Shown: positions 26,491 to 38,500 of the stretch, one piece after another
Position numbering within the stretch: position 1 is the first letter of the stretch
How the letters are laid out: each line of letters starts with the position of its first letter
From: Heterodontus francisci
Taxonomy: Eukaryota
Assembly: GCF_036365525.1 (NCBI RefSeq)
Contig: NC_090390.1
Coordinates: 40,521,993 to 40,585,992 of the forward strand
Reading direction: 5' to 3'
Length of the DNA stretch: 64,000 nucleotides
Made by a program: the position numbers and the translations under genes
The notes under the pieces: generated by a model
Database searches by the model: none
What the model was told of the DNA's origin: nothing
The model's input: the letters and a program-made list of their open reading frames with translations, nothing else

Positions 26491-28342
26491 TCCTGTTGAT
26501 GTTAATAAATATCCATGGAGCACGAGTGGATTTTAAATTTGGTTTCCTTGTTTATTGATAATGAGGCATGTTTTTAATAGTAAATTCATGCAGGATACTG
26601 TAACATAACTAATGCAAAATCCTTCTCCCTGTCAAAGTAAATTATTACAGGGAGAATCTTTTGACTTCATTGAGGATATTGTGGACACTGCCACAGCATC
26701 GGTTAATAGAATGTAAAAATGCAATGTGTGTTGAAACTGTTCATTTGCCAGAATAATATACAAGAACATCAATCTTAAAGAAAAGCATGTCACAGATTTT
26801 CATTCTTCCATGCAACTTCTAGAAATTGATTCAAGTTTTATTTAAGTGTTGCATGACAGCAAAAGAATAGAACTAATGAATGCAGCTGGTTGTTATACTG
26901 TTCAAATGGAGTGACAAGAAACACATATGCTAGATTTGCAAGCACAGCATCAGGGACGTCAGCATCAAATAAAATCTGAAGTAATTGTTATCTTCCTGGA
27001 TTCATGATAGAGACAGCAGGGAATATGCTATGCTGTGCTGGCAATTATGTAAGTGCTGCTGTAAATTGCAGAGCCAGTCTCTCTTGAAAATGTGTTTACT
27101 GTGAAAAGATATCTTGAATTGTATATTGCAATAGCACTTAATGAAGTCTAAAAACATTTCATGACAGTGTGGTGTTGTAGCAGAAGGGCAGGAGAATTTC
27201 AGTTTGCATCCATGAGTCTCTCGCATGCTGGGGTCCAGCTCTCAGCATTGCTGCTAGAGAAAGTGGTTAATCAAGAGTCACTTCACAAAAGTGGAGAGAA
27301 AGTCAGTCTAGTTTGAGGGCAATTTTGATGGCGGTCTGACAGCATGTAATTTCGCTGGTGTCTGAGCTGGAAGATGGCATGCTGTATAAACAGGAGAAGG
27401 GGAGAGAAACGCCTTAAAATATGGATTTTGATCCTTATAAAATTAAATTGTAAAAATGTTAAAAATGTTAAAAAATTTGTTTTTGTTCTGTTATTACATG
27501 ATTGTTTACTTTATTGTTATAATTTAAAATATTTATTTCAACAAATTAGGAAACTGCTAAGTAACACATGTGGCTATTGAAGGTATCCAGAAAGTAAATG
27601 CAGGGCAATTATGTATATTCCATTCAAGTGTTGATTGATTTACTGACTTTTTTTTGCATTTTAATTTACTGCTGGGAGTAAATTAATCTATTCAATTCGG
27701 CACTAGTTGGAATCATGCAAATTAAATAGTTTTACCAACCAGAACTTAATCATTTGACCTTTAATAAGTCAAAATTAACTTCCACTGATTGAAACAGAAA
27801 CAAAATGACCTGAAAAAAAACTCCTCCAGGATGTCAGTGCCATTTCAGGGAGCATAAACTTGATATTGTAGTTAAAGAATTTATTAGTAGGATAAGACAT
27901 ATTATGACTGAAGAATGTGTTTACTGAAAGTGGGCATTGGGTTCTTTTGGAGAAAAATTGCCTCCAAAAGGAAGTAATTTAATGACGTCAAAGGGTTGAC
28001 AAGGGAAAAGGTGACTCATTATAAAACTTGGCAAAGTAAGGACAATGATAGAACTGCACCACCAGAATATTTAGAGCTAGGTTTTCCTCCTTGGGGCATT
28101 TTCCCACCAGAAATATACAAGGTTGTATTTCTGCCACTGGTATGACCCCACATTAACCCAATTGAATTTTCCTCAGTGGATTCTAATTAACTACTTAAGA
28201 CAGCCTCCCATTGCTATTTACATCCACTATTGGGAATGCTCCTGTGGGAGGAGAAGCTGAAAGGACAAAGGCAGCATTTTTGTATCTAAAGCAATTTGGC
28301 TTACTGCAATGTGTAAAGTCTTTAGTTCTTAAAGGCACTGAA

Positions 28343-28540
28343 CCCTAATTTAATGACTCTTCAGTTGAAATATTGTCTGAAATCCAGAAAAGGGGCCCCA
28401 TCCTCTTGGCCCCGAGTGAAGGAGGCCCAAAAAGGGCATGATCCGTATCACAATGGGAGGTTGCGGCCTGGGCAGTGAATGTGACCTCCACAAACCTCTG
28501 CAAGGCTACTCAATGTAGTTACCTGTCCAGGGCAGCCAGG
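28343..28540 (+). pseudogene. Decayed Harbinger Myb/SANT-like ORF
   Basis: P*FNDSSVEILSEIQKRGPIL ... QWEVAAWAVNVTSTNLCKATQC..LSRAAR. Confidence 0.6.
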
Positions 28541-29369
28541 ATAATGGGAAGCAGACATACCTTGTAACATGCACTGTATTAAGCATGGTTCCCGCTTCCA
28601 GTCACCTCCCCCTCAATCCATTGATCACAAACTACAATTACCAGCAATGCACAGGAGATACTGCAATACCCTTCATGCCCTCTTCCTTCCTCTGCAAATG
28701 TTTCTTCAGCTACAAGTGAGCATATAAAGACCACTCTGTAAAACTCATGTAATATGTATTATCTTGTTTCTTACACCTGTGATCACCCCATAAAGGAATG
28801 CTCTTTGACCTACAATTCCCTATAATGGCAAACAGATTGCCTTCACACCGTTTACCTTCTTCTGTAAGGGGAAATTAGACCACAACCTATGACAAGGAAC
28901 TGCCACTTCGTTCCCCCCAGGATCCTGCTGAAAAGCATTGGTCAGCTATCTTAAAATCTCCTGTTTTGGATAGAACACCAAAGGATAAGTAGGAGGTTAA
29001 GATTAAAACACAATTGTAGGCACCAAACTGTGGCAGAGTGGTGATAAGAACAATAGGAAGGCCCACAGATTTGTTTACCTTGTAATGTTAATGGTACTGA
29101 TGGGTCATGTAGGGAATGACTTGGAGCAGGTGAGGGCATGCCTGCAAAATGTTTGAATTGATATAACTACGATAGCCAAACTTAATGGGACAAATTTTTC
29201 TGGAGCCGGGCATTAGAGGCTTATTATGTTAGAGTTTCTCCTCCACCTTCCAGCTTGAATATAATTAGCGGCATAACTTGCTGGATGTGCAAGCTGGTAA
29301 TGGTGCATTGAGTGCAAGGGGATCTTAGTGAAAGATGGGACCAACACTCCATCTGCAGGTAGATGATTG

Positions 29370-31161
29370 GTTTGGGAAGAAGCTACCTGTTTGGTGAGTA
29401 TCTGGTAAGTGACTTATGTAAGTAAAGTGGGTTAGGAACTAAAGTAAAGAGAAAGGTAAGGTCTACAGTTTTTTTATATTATAGTAAGTAGTGTTTTTTA
29501 GGGAATCAAGGTCCCTAGTGTAAATAATCTCTAATTTTTGGGTAATTTAAGGGAATAAATTAAGGGTAAGTCATGGTAGGGCAGCTTGGCAGCGTGGAGT
29601 GCTCTCTTGTGCAATGTGGGAAGTCAGGGACAGTTCCTGTGTCCAGGGCGAACACGTGTGCAGGAAGTATCTCCAGCTGCAGCTACTTGAAATTCATGTT
29701 TCAGATCTGGAGCAGTGGCTGGGGACACCATGCAGCATCTGCGAGGCTGAGATCATCGTGGATGGCATGTACTGGTAGGTGGTCACACCGCAGGTAAAGA
29801 CTTCTCAGGCAGAGATGGGATGGGTGACCGTCAGGCAGAGTAGAAGAACTAGGCAGGTAGTGCAGGAGTCCTCTGGGTCCATCTCCCTCTCTAACAGATT
29901 TTCAGCTTTGGATAATATTGGGGGAGATAGCTTCTCGGGTGAATGCAGCAAGAGCTAAGTCTGTGGCACCACGGGTGGCTCAGCTGCACAGGAGGGGAGT
30001 AAAAAGAATGGGAGGGCTATAATGATAGGGGATTCTATCATAAGGGGTACAGATAGGCGTTTCTGTGGTGCAAACGTGACTCCAGGATGGTATGTTGTCT
30101 CCCTGGTGCTTGGGTCAAGGGATCAAGGACGGCGCGAAGCGGCTGCAGGACATTCTGAAGGGGGAGGATGAACAGTCAGAGGTCGTGGTTGACATTGGTA
30201 CCAATGACATAGGTAGAAAGAGGGATGAGGTCCTGCAACAAGAATTTAGGGAGCTAGGTAGCAGATTAAAAAGCAGGACCTCAAAGGTCGTAATCTCTGG
30301 ATTACTCCCAGTGCCATGTGCTAGTGAGTATAGGAATAGGAGGATAGAGCAGGTGAATGCGTGGATGAATAGGTGGTGTAGGAGGGAGGGCTTTAGTTTC
30401 CTGGATCATTGGGTCTGTTTCTGGCGAAAGTGGTACCTGTACAAGTCAAAAGGGTTGCACCTGAACCGGAACGGGACCAACATACTTGCAGGGAGGTTTG
30501 CTAGTGCTGTTAGGGGGGGTTTAAACTAATTTGGCAGGGGATGGGATACAGAGTGGAGGTACAGTAGGCGGTGATGCACAGCCAAATATAGAAGAGAAGC
30601 TAAGTCAGTCTGGAAGGCAGAGAAAATATAAACCTGTTAAGTCACAAGTGAATAATGGAAGACTGGATTGCATCTATTAAATGCAAGGAGTCTTACAAGT
30701 AAGGCAGATGAAATGAGGGCATTGATTAACATATGGGAATATGATATTATTGCTATCACAGAGACATTGTTGAGGAAAGGGCAGGACTGGCAGCTCAATA
30801 TTCCAGGGTATAGAATCGTCAGGCATGACAGGGGAGGGGTTAAAAGAGAAGGTGGCATTGCACTGTTGATCTGCAGTAAGGAGGGATGATATCTTAGAAG
30901 GTTCCTCAAATGAGGCCATATGGGTATAACACAAAAACAAAAAGGGGCAATCACTTTGCTGGGAGTGTACTACAGGCCTCCAAACAGTCAGGGAGAGATA
31001 GAGGAGCAGATATGTAGGCAAATCGCAGAGAGGTGTAAAAATAATAGGGTAATAATAGTGGGGATTTCAACTTCCCCAATATCAACTGGGATAGTCTTAG
31101 TGCAAAAGGCCTAAAGGAGGCAGAATTCTTAAAGTGCATCCAGGCGAGCTTTTTGAGCCAG
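29370..31161 (+). mobile_element. 5' half of a CR1 LINE: ORF1 (zinc finger plus SGNH esterase) and start of the ORF2 endonuclease
   Basis: C..CAMWE zinc finger, IGDSII, IGTNDI and GLHLN esterase motifs, then LNARSL..K and IIAITET. Ends abruptly near 31161. The 5' boundary is approximate. Confidence 0.88.
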
Positions 31162-32162
31162 TTAATGAGGATGAGCTGCTGTTTGTGTGAGGCAGTAAAT
31201 CAACCAGCAAGTTCTGCATATTCGATACTCACAGGGTATCTCTTTCTCCCCTGAATCTGTTGGCCGATTTGAGCATTAATAACAGCTTTCATCATAAACT
31301 CTCATTAGTCTTACTTAGACCTAAAGTTCCCCAATGAACTGTTGGCAATGGGTTCTCCTCAGCAACATACCCCTGAAATGGACATCATGCCATATTGCCA
31401 GCAATGGGAAACCTGGCGGCCAAATGAATCATTTAAGTGGACATTTAAGGGCAACTTCCTGCCCCACAATCATTTTGTCCATTTTGGGAGGGCCCACTGC
31501 CACGCGGAGAGATCTCCAGCTCAACCCTGGAGGCCTTTCAGCGGGTTCTGGGTAGGGGCCCTCCTTGATGGTCCCTCCATGCCCCACAGGGGGGCCTCCC
31601 CCTGGCAGCAATGGTGCCACTGGTGCTCCACATCCATCCCCCAGCACCCCGATCACAGGGGTCTGGCTGTCAGGCCCCGGCTTCCCCCAACCCAACTCAC
31701 CTGTTCACGAGGGCGCCCTGCCATTGAGGTGCCCTCTCCCTGGAGCTGCCAGCCCTCCTTATTTGGACAATGGCCCCTGCAATTAATTGGCCACCACCAC
31801 AGGAGCCACCCCAGTTCCCACTACCCACCGAAACGGGGCTGTCTCCCACTTTGGCCCCAGCAGCGGGACTTCCAGTAAGCAGCAAAATTCAGCCCTATAT
31901 CTTTACTTACAAATTCCAGTGCAGAAAATGTAACTGCTTGGCCTCTTTTAAGTCCCACCAGACAGGAAGTGGTGGAAAATTGTGTGGCTAGGAGACCGCT
32001 CACCGACAATGGGTAGGTGGCATGATCATTTTCCACAATTTTGAAAGCCCACTCAAGGCTGTACTGCAAAGCTCCTCCACAACAGTCCAGGAAATGGAAG
32101 CATTGCCTGAGTGTCACACTTGTTTACTTGATTATGTTCTTTGCGGCAACTGCGCACACATT

Positions 32163-34258
32163 CGGCTGGATTTTGTTATCGCGTTGCTGGGAGTGGCAAC
32201 AGATATGCAAAATGTTGGCTGTCCCGCATGTGACCTTCACAGCCGTGCTGTCGCAATTACTGGTGGACGGCCACTTAGCATAATGATAGCAGCCATCCCC
32301 TCCCCAATCACGTGACTGGGACAGCTTTGACGACGCTGTTTACAGCGTTTCCTGAAGTTGGATTGCAGAGTCCAACACTCCCCCACCCCCACAACAGTAT
32401 CCACTTGCAGAGTTCCCCCTTCCCCCCACAACAGTATCCACTTGCAGAGTTCCCCCTTCCCCCCACAACTGTATCCACTTGCAGAGTTCCCCCTTCTCCC
32501 CACAACTGTATCCACTTGCAGAGTTCCCCCTTCTCCCCACAACAGTATCCACTTGCAGAGTTCCCCCTTCCCCCCACAACGATATCCACTTGCAGAGTTC
32601 CCCCTTCCCCCCACAACAGTATCCACTTGCAGAGTTCCCCCTTCCCCCCACAACTGTATCCACTTTCAGAGTTCCCCCTTCTCCCCACAACAGTATCCAC
32701 TTGCAGAGTTCCCCCTTCCCCCCACACCGATATCCACTTGCAGAGTTCCCCCTTCCCCCCACAACTGTATCCACTTTCAGAGCTCCCCCTTCTCCCCACA
32801 ACAGTATCCACTTGCAGAGTTCCCCCTTCCCCCCCACAACTGTATCCACTTGCAGAGTTCCCCCTTCTCCCCACAACAGTATCCACTTGCAGAGTTCCCC
32901 CTTCCCCCCACAACGATATCCACTTGCAGAGTTCCCCCTTCCCCCCACAACAGTATCCACTTGCAGAATTCCCCCCTCCTCCCACAACAGTATCCACTTG
33001 CAGAGTTCCCCCTTCCCCCCACAACGATATCCACTTGCAGAGTTCCCCCTTCCTCCCACAACAGTATCCACTTGCAGAGTTCCCCCTTACCCCCACAACA
33101 GTATCCACTTGCAGAGTTCCCCCCACAACAGTATCTACTTGCAAATTCCCCCTTTCCCCCCAACAGTATCCACTTGCAAAGTTCCCCCTTCTCCCCCAGC
33201 AGTATCCACTTGCAGAGTTCCCCCCTCCCTCTACAACAGATCCACTTGCAGAGTTCCCCCTTCCCCACACAACAATATCCACTTCCAGAGTTCCCCTTCC
33301 CCCCACAACAGTATCCACTTCCAGAGTTCCCCCTTCTCCCCCAACAGTATCGACTTGCAAATCTCCCCCTTCCCCCCACAACAGTATCCACTTGCGGAGT
33401 TCCCCCTTTCCCCCACAACAGTATCCACTTGCAAAGTTCCCCCTTCTCCCCCAACAGTATCCACTTGCAGAGTTCCCCCCTCCCTCCACAACAGATCCAC
33501 TTGCAGAGTTCCCCCGTCCCCACAACAATATCCACTTGCAGAGTTCCCCCCTTCCCCACACAACAATATCCACTTGCAGAGTTCCCCCGTCCCTCCACAA
33601 CAGATCCACTTGCAGAGTTCCCCCGTCCCCACAACAATATCCACTTGCAGAGTTCCCCCCTTCCCCACACAACAATATCCACTTGCAGAGTTCCCCCCTC
33701 CCTCCACAACAGATCCACTTGCAGAGTTCCCCCGTCCCCACAACAGTATCCACTTGCAGAGTTCCCCCCTTCTCCACACAACAATATCCACTTACAGAGT
33801 TCCCCCCTTCCCCACTCCCAGCCAGCAACAGTATATACTTGAAGAGTTCCAATTTCCCCTCACATCTGTGGATTGATCTTAGTGGCAATGTCGATGATAA
33901 AACAAATTCAACAGGATAACAAGGCATAACTTACCTCATCTTTTCAGGCACCAAGGACTCTCACCTTGGTGATGCCAGCTTTTCAAAGACGGGAAAGTGA
34001 AGCCACGTCATGCAGAAGATTGCAAACGGCTAGTTGGATCACTGCAAATTACATCTAATTAATTCAAAATAGTATTTACCATATTTAAAGTATGGTCCCG
34101 TCGCTTTGCGGCAGGGTGCCACCATGGAACTTTGCTGTCTCTGAGAAAATTAGAGCTTAGCATTGTGGCGTTGGATTCTGTGGTGGATGAATTTGCACAA
34201 ATTTTCCGGCCCTCTCTGCCATAGAACCCGCCTTCAAACCGAACACAAAATCTAGCCC
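32163..34258. mobile_element. Non-autonomous Harbinger-type element carrying a minisatellite
   Basis: TIRs ggctggattttgt / acaaaatctagcc with 3-bp flanks att/ttt. Removing it restores the host transposase frame. Confidence 0.75.
32380..33815. repeat. 37-bp minisatellite (~38 units), consensus ACAACAGTATCCACTTGCAGAGTTCCCCCTTCCCCCC
   Basis: Unit starts at 32391, 32428 and 32465 give a period of 37. The distal part has a 109-bp three-unit higher-order repeat (33482, 33591, 33700). Confidence 0.97.
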
Positions 34259-34346
34259 TTTGTAGGCCTTCTATACAGCGTTGCATGGGTTCCTAACTGG
34301 AATCATGAGCCCTGTTGCCCAATAGGCAGCCTGTAACTTGGAGATC

Positions 34347-34582
34347 TGGTGAGGAAAAACTTGTTCATGCTGTGAGTGGTTAAGGTCTGGAATGCACTGC
34401 CTGAGAGTGTGGTGGAGGCAGATTCAACTGAAGCATTCAAAAAGGAATTAGACACATATATGAAAAGGAAGAATGTGCAGGGTCATGGGGAGAAAGCACT
34501 AATGAATTGCTCATTCGGAGAGCCAGTGCAGCCACAATGGACTGAATGGCCTCCTGCTGAGCTGTAAAAATTCTGTGGTTCT
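34347..34582 (+). mobile_element. CR1 3' fragment inserted in the Harbinger relic
   Basis: VVKVWNALPESVVEADS followed by a CR1 3' UTR. Confidence 0.85.
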
Positions 34583-37500
34583 GTGAATAAAGGTGGCACA
34601 GAGGACTGGCACAGACTGAAAGTGTTCTGACTACTACTAGGATATTGGGCATTGACCTGCATGATGTGCTGTCTGTGGTCCCAAGCTAATTGTACTTTAA
34701 GGGAGTAGAATCCCTTATGATTGATAAGTATTTCAGCGTGCTGATGTGGAGCACACAATGCAATGTGCATGCAGTCAATGGCTCCAAGCACTATAGGGAA
34801 TTCTGCCAAGTAGGTGGAACCTCACGCTCTCTACCTGCCGACCAGAGGTAGGCGGCCTATTAATTCAAATAAGTGGCCAATTAACGACAATCTTACGCCA
34901 CCACCGGCATTTTACCAGCACCAGGACAGGCCCTCGCTACAAGGATGGACCACCAGGTAAATCGTGGTGGCCTCCCAGTGAGATCCCGAGGGGAGGGGAG
35001 GGGGCCCTTACTTTCTGGGTGCTCCATGGCCCACAGAGGGGCCCCCCATGGCAATGGTTGCCCCTACGGCTTCAGTGCTGCTGCTGGAGGATTCACCCCT
35101 CCGATTGCTGGGGCCTGGCATATTAGCAAAAAATTCTTACCCGCCCTTCAAGTGTACCTCAACATGGAAGTGCCCTCTCCTCCCTGCAGCCTTTGCAGCA
35201 GCCTTCCTTATCAGCGCACTGCTGAGTTGCCTGCCTTCTAATTGGGCCAGCAGCTGTCATCCTTACTCAGACAGTGGTCCCAACGATGGCCTCTTAATGA
35301 GCCGCTGCCAGTAAAATCACCATTGGGTCCCACCATCTGCCCATGTTGGTTCAGAATGTGCTTTCAGTTCCGGTGGCAGGACTTCATGCTTGACCGTAAA
35401 ATTCTGGCCTATAAGTTAGAATGACGAAAAAAATTTCTTGTGACTTCTAGGTCTTTAGAAATTAGAATCTTTGTCTCATGAATATAATCCATTAGCGCAA
35501 TAAAGTTTCTGCTATTTGCCAATAAAGCACAAGTGAGGTAATTAGCTGGCTTCAGATTTTAGCTGGTGGTCTTTTGACAACAGAAGTAACAGTACATGAA
35601 GAAAAATCTTTCTCTCTCTCACACATTTGCTTCTGGCTGACCCCAACCTTTCCCTCCCTCTTTTTTTTTCTTTGACACCTGTCTCTTTCTTTCATTTCCT
35701 AAAGTTTTCAGAACACAAATTATTGGTTACAATCAATGAGCAATCACTGTCACTTTTTCTCTCTTGCTCTCTGTCTCACACAGAAACTCAAGACCTCTCT
35801 GTTTTATTAAACAAGATATTTAATATGAATACCACCTCAGATATATTTTAGAAGTTTGTACTTTAGCTTTTCTTCAAATATTTTTGAATACCTTTTGAAG
35901 CTAAAGAGAGAAAGTTTCAGTTAACTGAAATAAAGTGATGCATTCTAGAAAATTAGGTATATACATACATAAACTGCACAATTCAAATTCAGCTCACAGC
36001 TTTGAACAAAAATATTGACCATATAGTTCTGTCGGGGTTTTTTCCAATCATCTGCCATTATTCTGACAGACGATGGATGGAACCCTTGTAGCAATGGCAG
36101 TAAAGGTTGAAATTGGCTTTTCTTCAATTCCTTCTTGTTTTTCCAGGAATTCCACCCACTTCCCACTGACAAGCCTGTGGAAATTCAGGAATGTCAATTC
36201 TATGCACAGGCTTTTGGGAGAAACTGAGGCCTTCAAGTAAAAAATTAATGCAGGCATTACAGAACACAATAGATAACTGGAAAATTTAATCATGTTGTTG
36301 CGAAAGATGTAATTTTTGCTTTTGGCTAAATCCCTATTTTGGACAATAGAAATTTCAGTGACTAAGGGAACAATTGATGGCTGAAATCAATTTTCAGAAA
36401 GTATTCTGAGAAAATGAGGAAACCAGTAGCCAGAGTATGCAACCCAGGGCCAGATAATGCAAAGATGTGTTGAGTTTACATAGCCATTATAAGCGTGTAC
36501 ATACAAGTTCATAATTGAAAAAGCTAACACAAAATTGTGACAATTGTAATTAAAATACAATCAATATGTTTTAATAAGATTTTTTTGCAATATAAGTAAG
36601 TCTGCACCAATGGAAGGTGTACCTATCCATGTCTACATTTGCTGATTGATACCAGTCCATCTTTTTGCTTTGTATGCTGATCCATTTTTCACATTATTTA
36701 GTTCCCTGCTTTACCTCCATCATATGCCTATTTATTTAGATTTTTATTTTGTTGCATTTATCATTTTATTGCTAGTGTTTCGCTGCCTTCTGTTTTCTTC
36801 AGTGTTAACACAGTTACTATTTTTAGTTTGTTTTTTCCTCTCATGAGGCTTGTTATTGAAAATTTGTACGGAAATACAAGTGATGTATTACAAATTCTCC
36901 CATTGCCACAAAAATGGTTCTTAATATGAACAGGCAAAAATGACCTTTTCACATTATGTAAGATAATTGTCAATGCACTGTTGCTTACATATTTGCTTCT
37001 TGTGTAAAGGTGTCTGCTGAAGCAGATGGAGCTCTTTCATTAGTGTATTATCCCTAACATCTCCATCTGCTATCGTACAAACTTTTTAATTAGTGTGAAT
37101 TATATTATAAATAATGATATTCGGCAAGTTTATATTTGGAGGACATGGCCGTCTCTGACATGATGCGTACACAAAAAGTTTTGCAAGTTGAAACATAAAC
37201 GATTAACATGTTGGGTTTGCAAATTATCTTGAAACTGAATATCCTGAGCAGAGCACAAATGAAGAGCAATTTATTCTAGGTTTCTCCCTCAAATTAAAAT
37301 GAGTGCCTGATTAAAGCTTCTGATTAAGACTAATCGAATGACAAGTTTGTATCACATTAATAGACCCAAAATTCCAATTGGGAACCAGGACAAAGAACAT
37401 ACCCATATCCAATGGGGACTGGAATTTGGGGAGAAACCTGGTTCTGGTGGCATTCTGCCCATGCAAATTGTGGATAATTTAAATATGAAAGCAACATGTA

Positions 37501-37699
37501 TATCTTTTCCAAGTGTTATTTTAAGGACTGAGGTAGACAAAATGTATACATATTGGTCTAAAGTTTCTGCTATTTGCCTGAAATTGGCTTACTAATGTAA
37601 AAGATCAAGCATCGTAAATTACATTGAGCGTAAATTGAGTTTCTGCGATCATTAATGTGGTTTAAAAAAAGGCTGCGTTTGCTGACAATGCAATCACTA

Positions 37700-38500
37700 G
37701 GTGGCACAGTACTGGCACATGCGCAAATGCAGGCTCATTCACTGAAACATCATTGTCCACGACGTCTGCCAGTAATAAAGATGACGCTGCTCAATTTGTC
37801 ACAAAAAGCAAACGCATCCTAAAACCCAACGCCCCACAGTGGCTGCGATCACTGCCTCCATCCCATCTCCAACAGTACCCGTTCTCTCGTGCCATTGCGC
37901 TTCTCTTCGTCGCTCCCTACTGTGTCCGTCTGCTCACTGCTTGCACCAATCTCCCCCCATCAGCCACTTGCTCCTTGCCTTGCCACTTCGACCGCTCACT
38001 CCCTGCTTCCCCCCCGCCACCAGCCACTCGCTGCAGGCCTCACTGCTTCTTTCTTCTTCGTCACTGGCTCCCGCAGTGCCCCGTCACCCCTTGGCTGCTC
38101 GCTCCCCACCTTGCCGCTTCAGTGGTTTGTTCCCTGGCCTAAAGGGGAAGAGACGAGTCCCGGAGTGAGCGTTTGAGGGGGGGAAGGGTGAGGGCAAGTG
38201 GCCAAGGGGGAAAGTGGTGAGGCCTGTAGTGAGTGGCCGGGAGGTGGGGGGAAGTGGCGAGGGCGGGAGGGAGTGGCTGAGGAAGGCAGCAGCGAGGCGG
38301 GTAGGAGCGGGAAATTGAAAGTGGTCATTGAAGCAGGGATGGCAGGAGGGAGCGGAATAATGTTTGGGAGAATGGAGCTGGCGATCATGGCTATTGAGGG
38401 ATGATGACGTCATTGCATACGCGCCTTCATATTGGCAAGCTGGCAAATGTTCGCACACACTGATGACATCCGTAATCGCTCTGCACATGCTCTGCGTTGT
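37700..38500. mobile_element. GC-rich palindromic non-autonomous element
   Basis: A C-rich left arm and G-rich right arm are imperfect reverse complements, e.g. 38020-38046 vs 38214-38240. Ends are uncertain. Confidence 0.55.

Larger units (their letters stand above)
32030..34810 (-). pseudogene. Decayed Harbinger transposase split by two insertions
   Basis: 34810-34580 reads FPIVLGAIDCMHIAL...NHKGFYSLKVQL. 34337-34260 reads GCLLGNR / LMIPVRNPCNAV*KAY. 32162-32030 reads NVCAVAAKNIIK*TSVTLRQCFHFLDCCGGALQYS. Confidence 0.8.

Noticed and set aside
32380-33815. CRISPR-like appearance of a conserved core with variable linkers
   Set aside because: The linkers are homologous C-tract variants, not unique spacers. 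There are no cas genes and the context is eukaryotic.
32308-33927. 465-539 aa Pro-rich and Gly/Cys-rich ORFs on both strands
   Set aside because: They arise because a stop-free 37-bp unit cycles through frames. There is no evidence of a gene structure.
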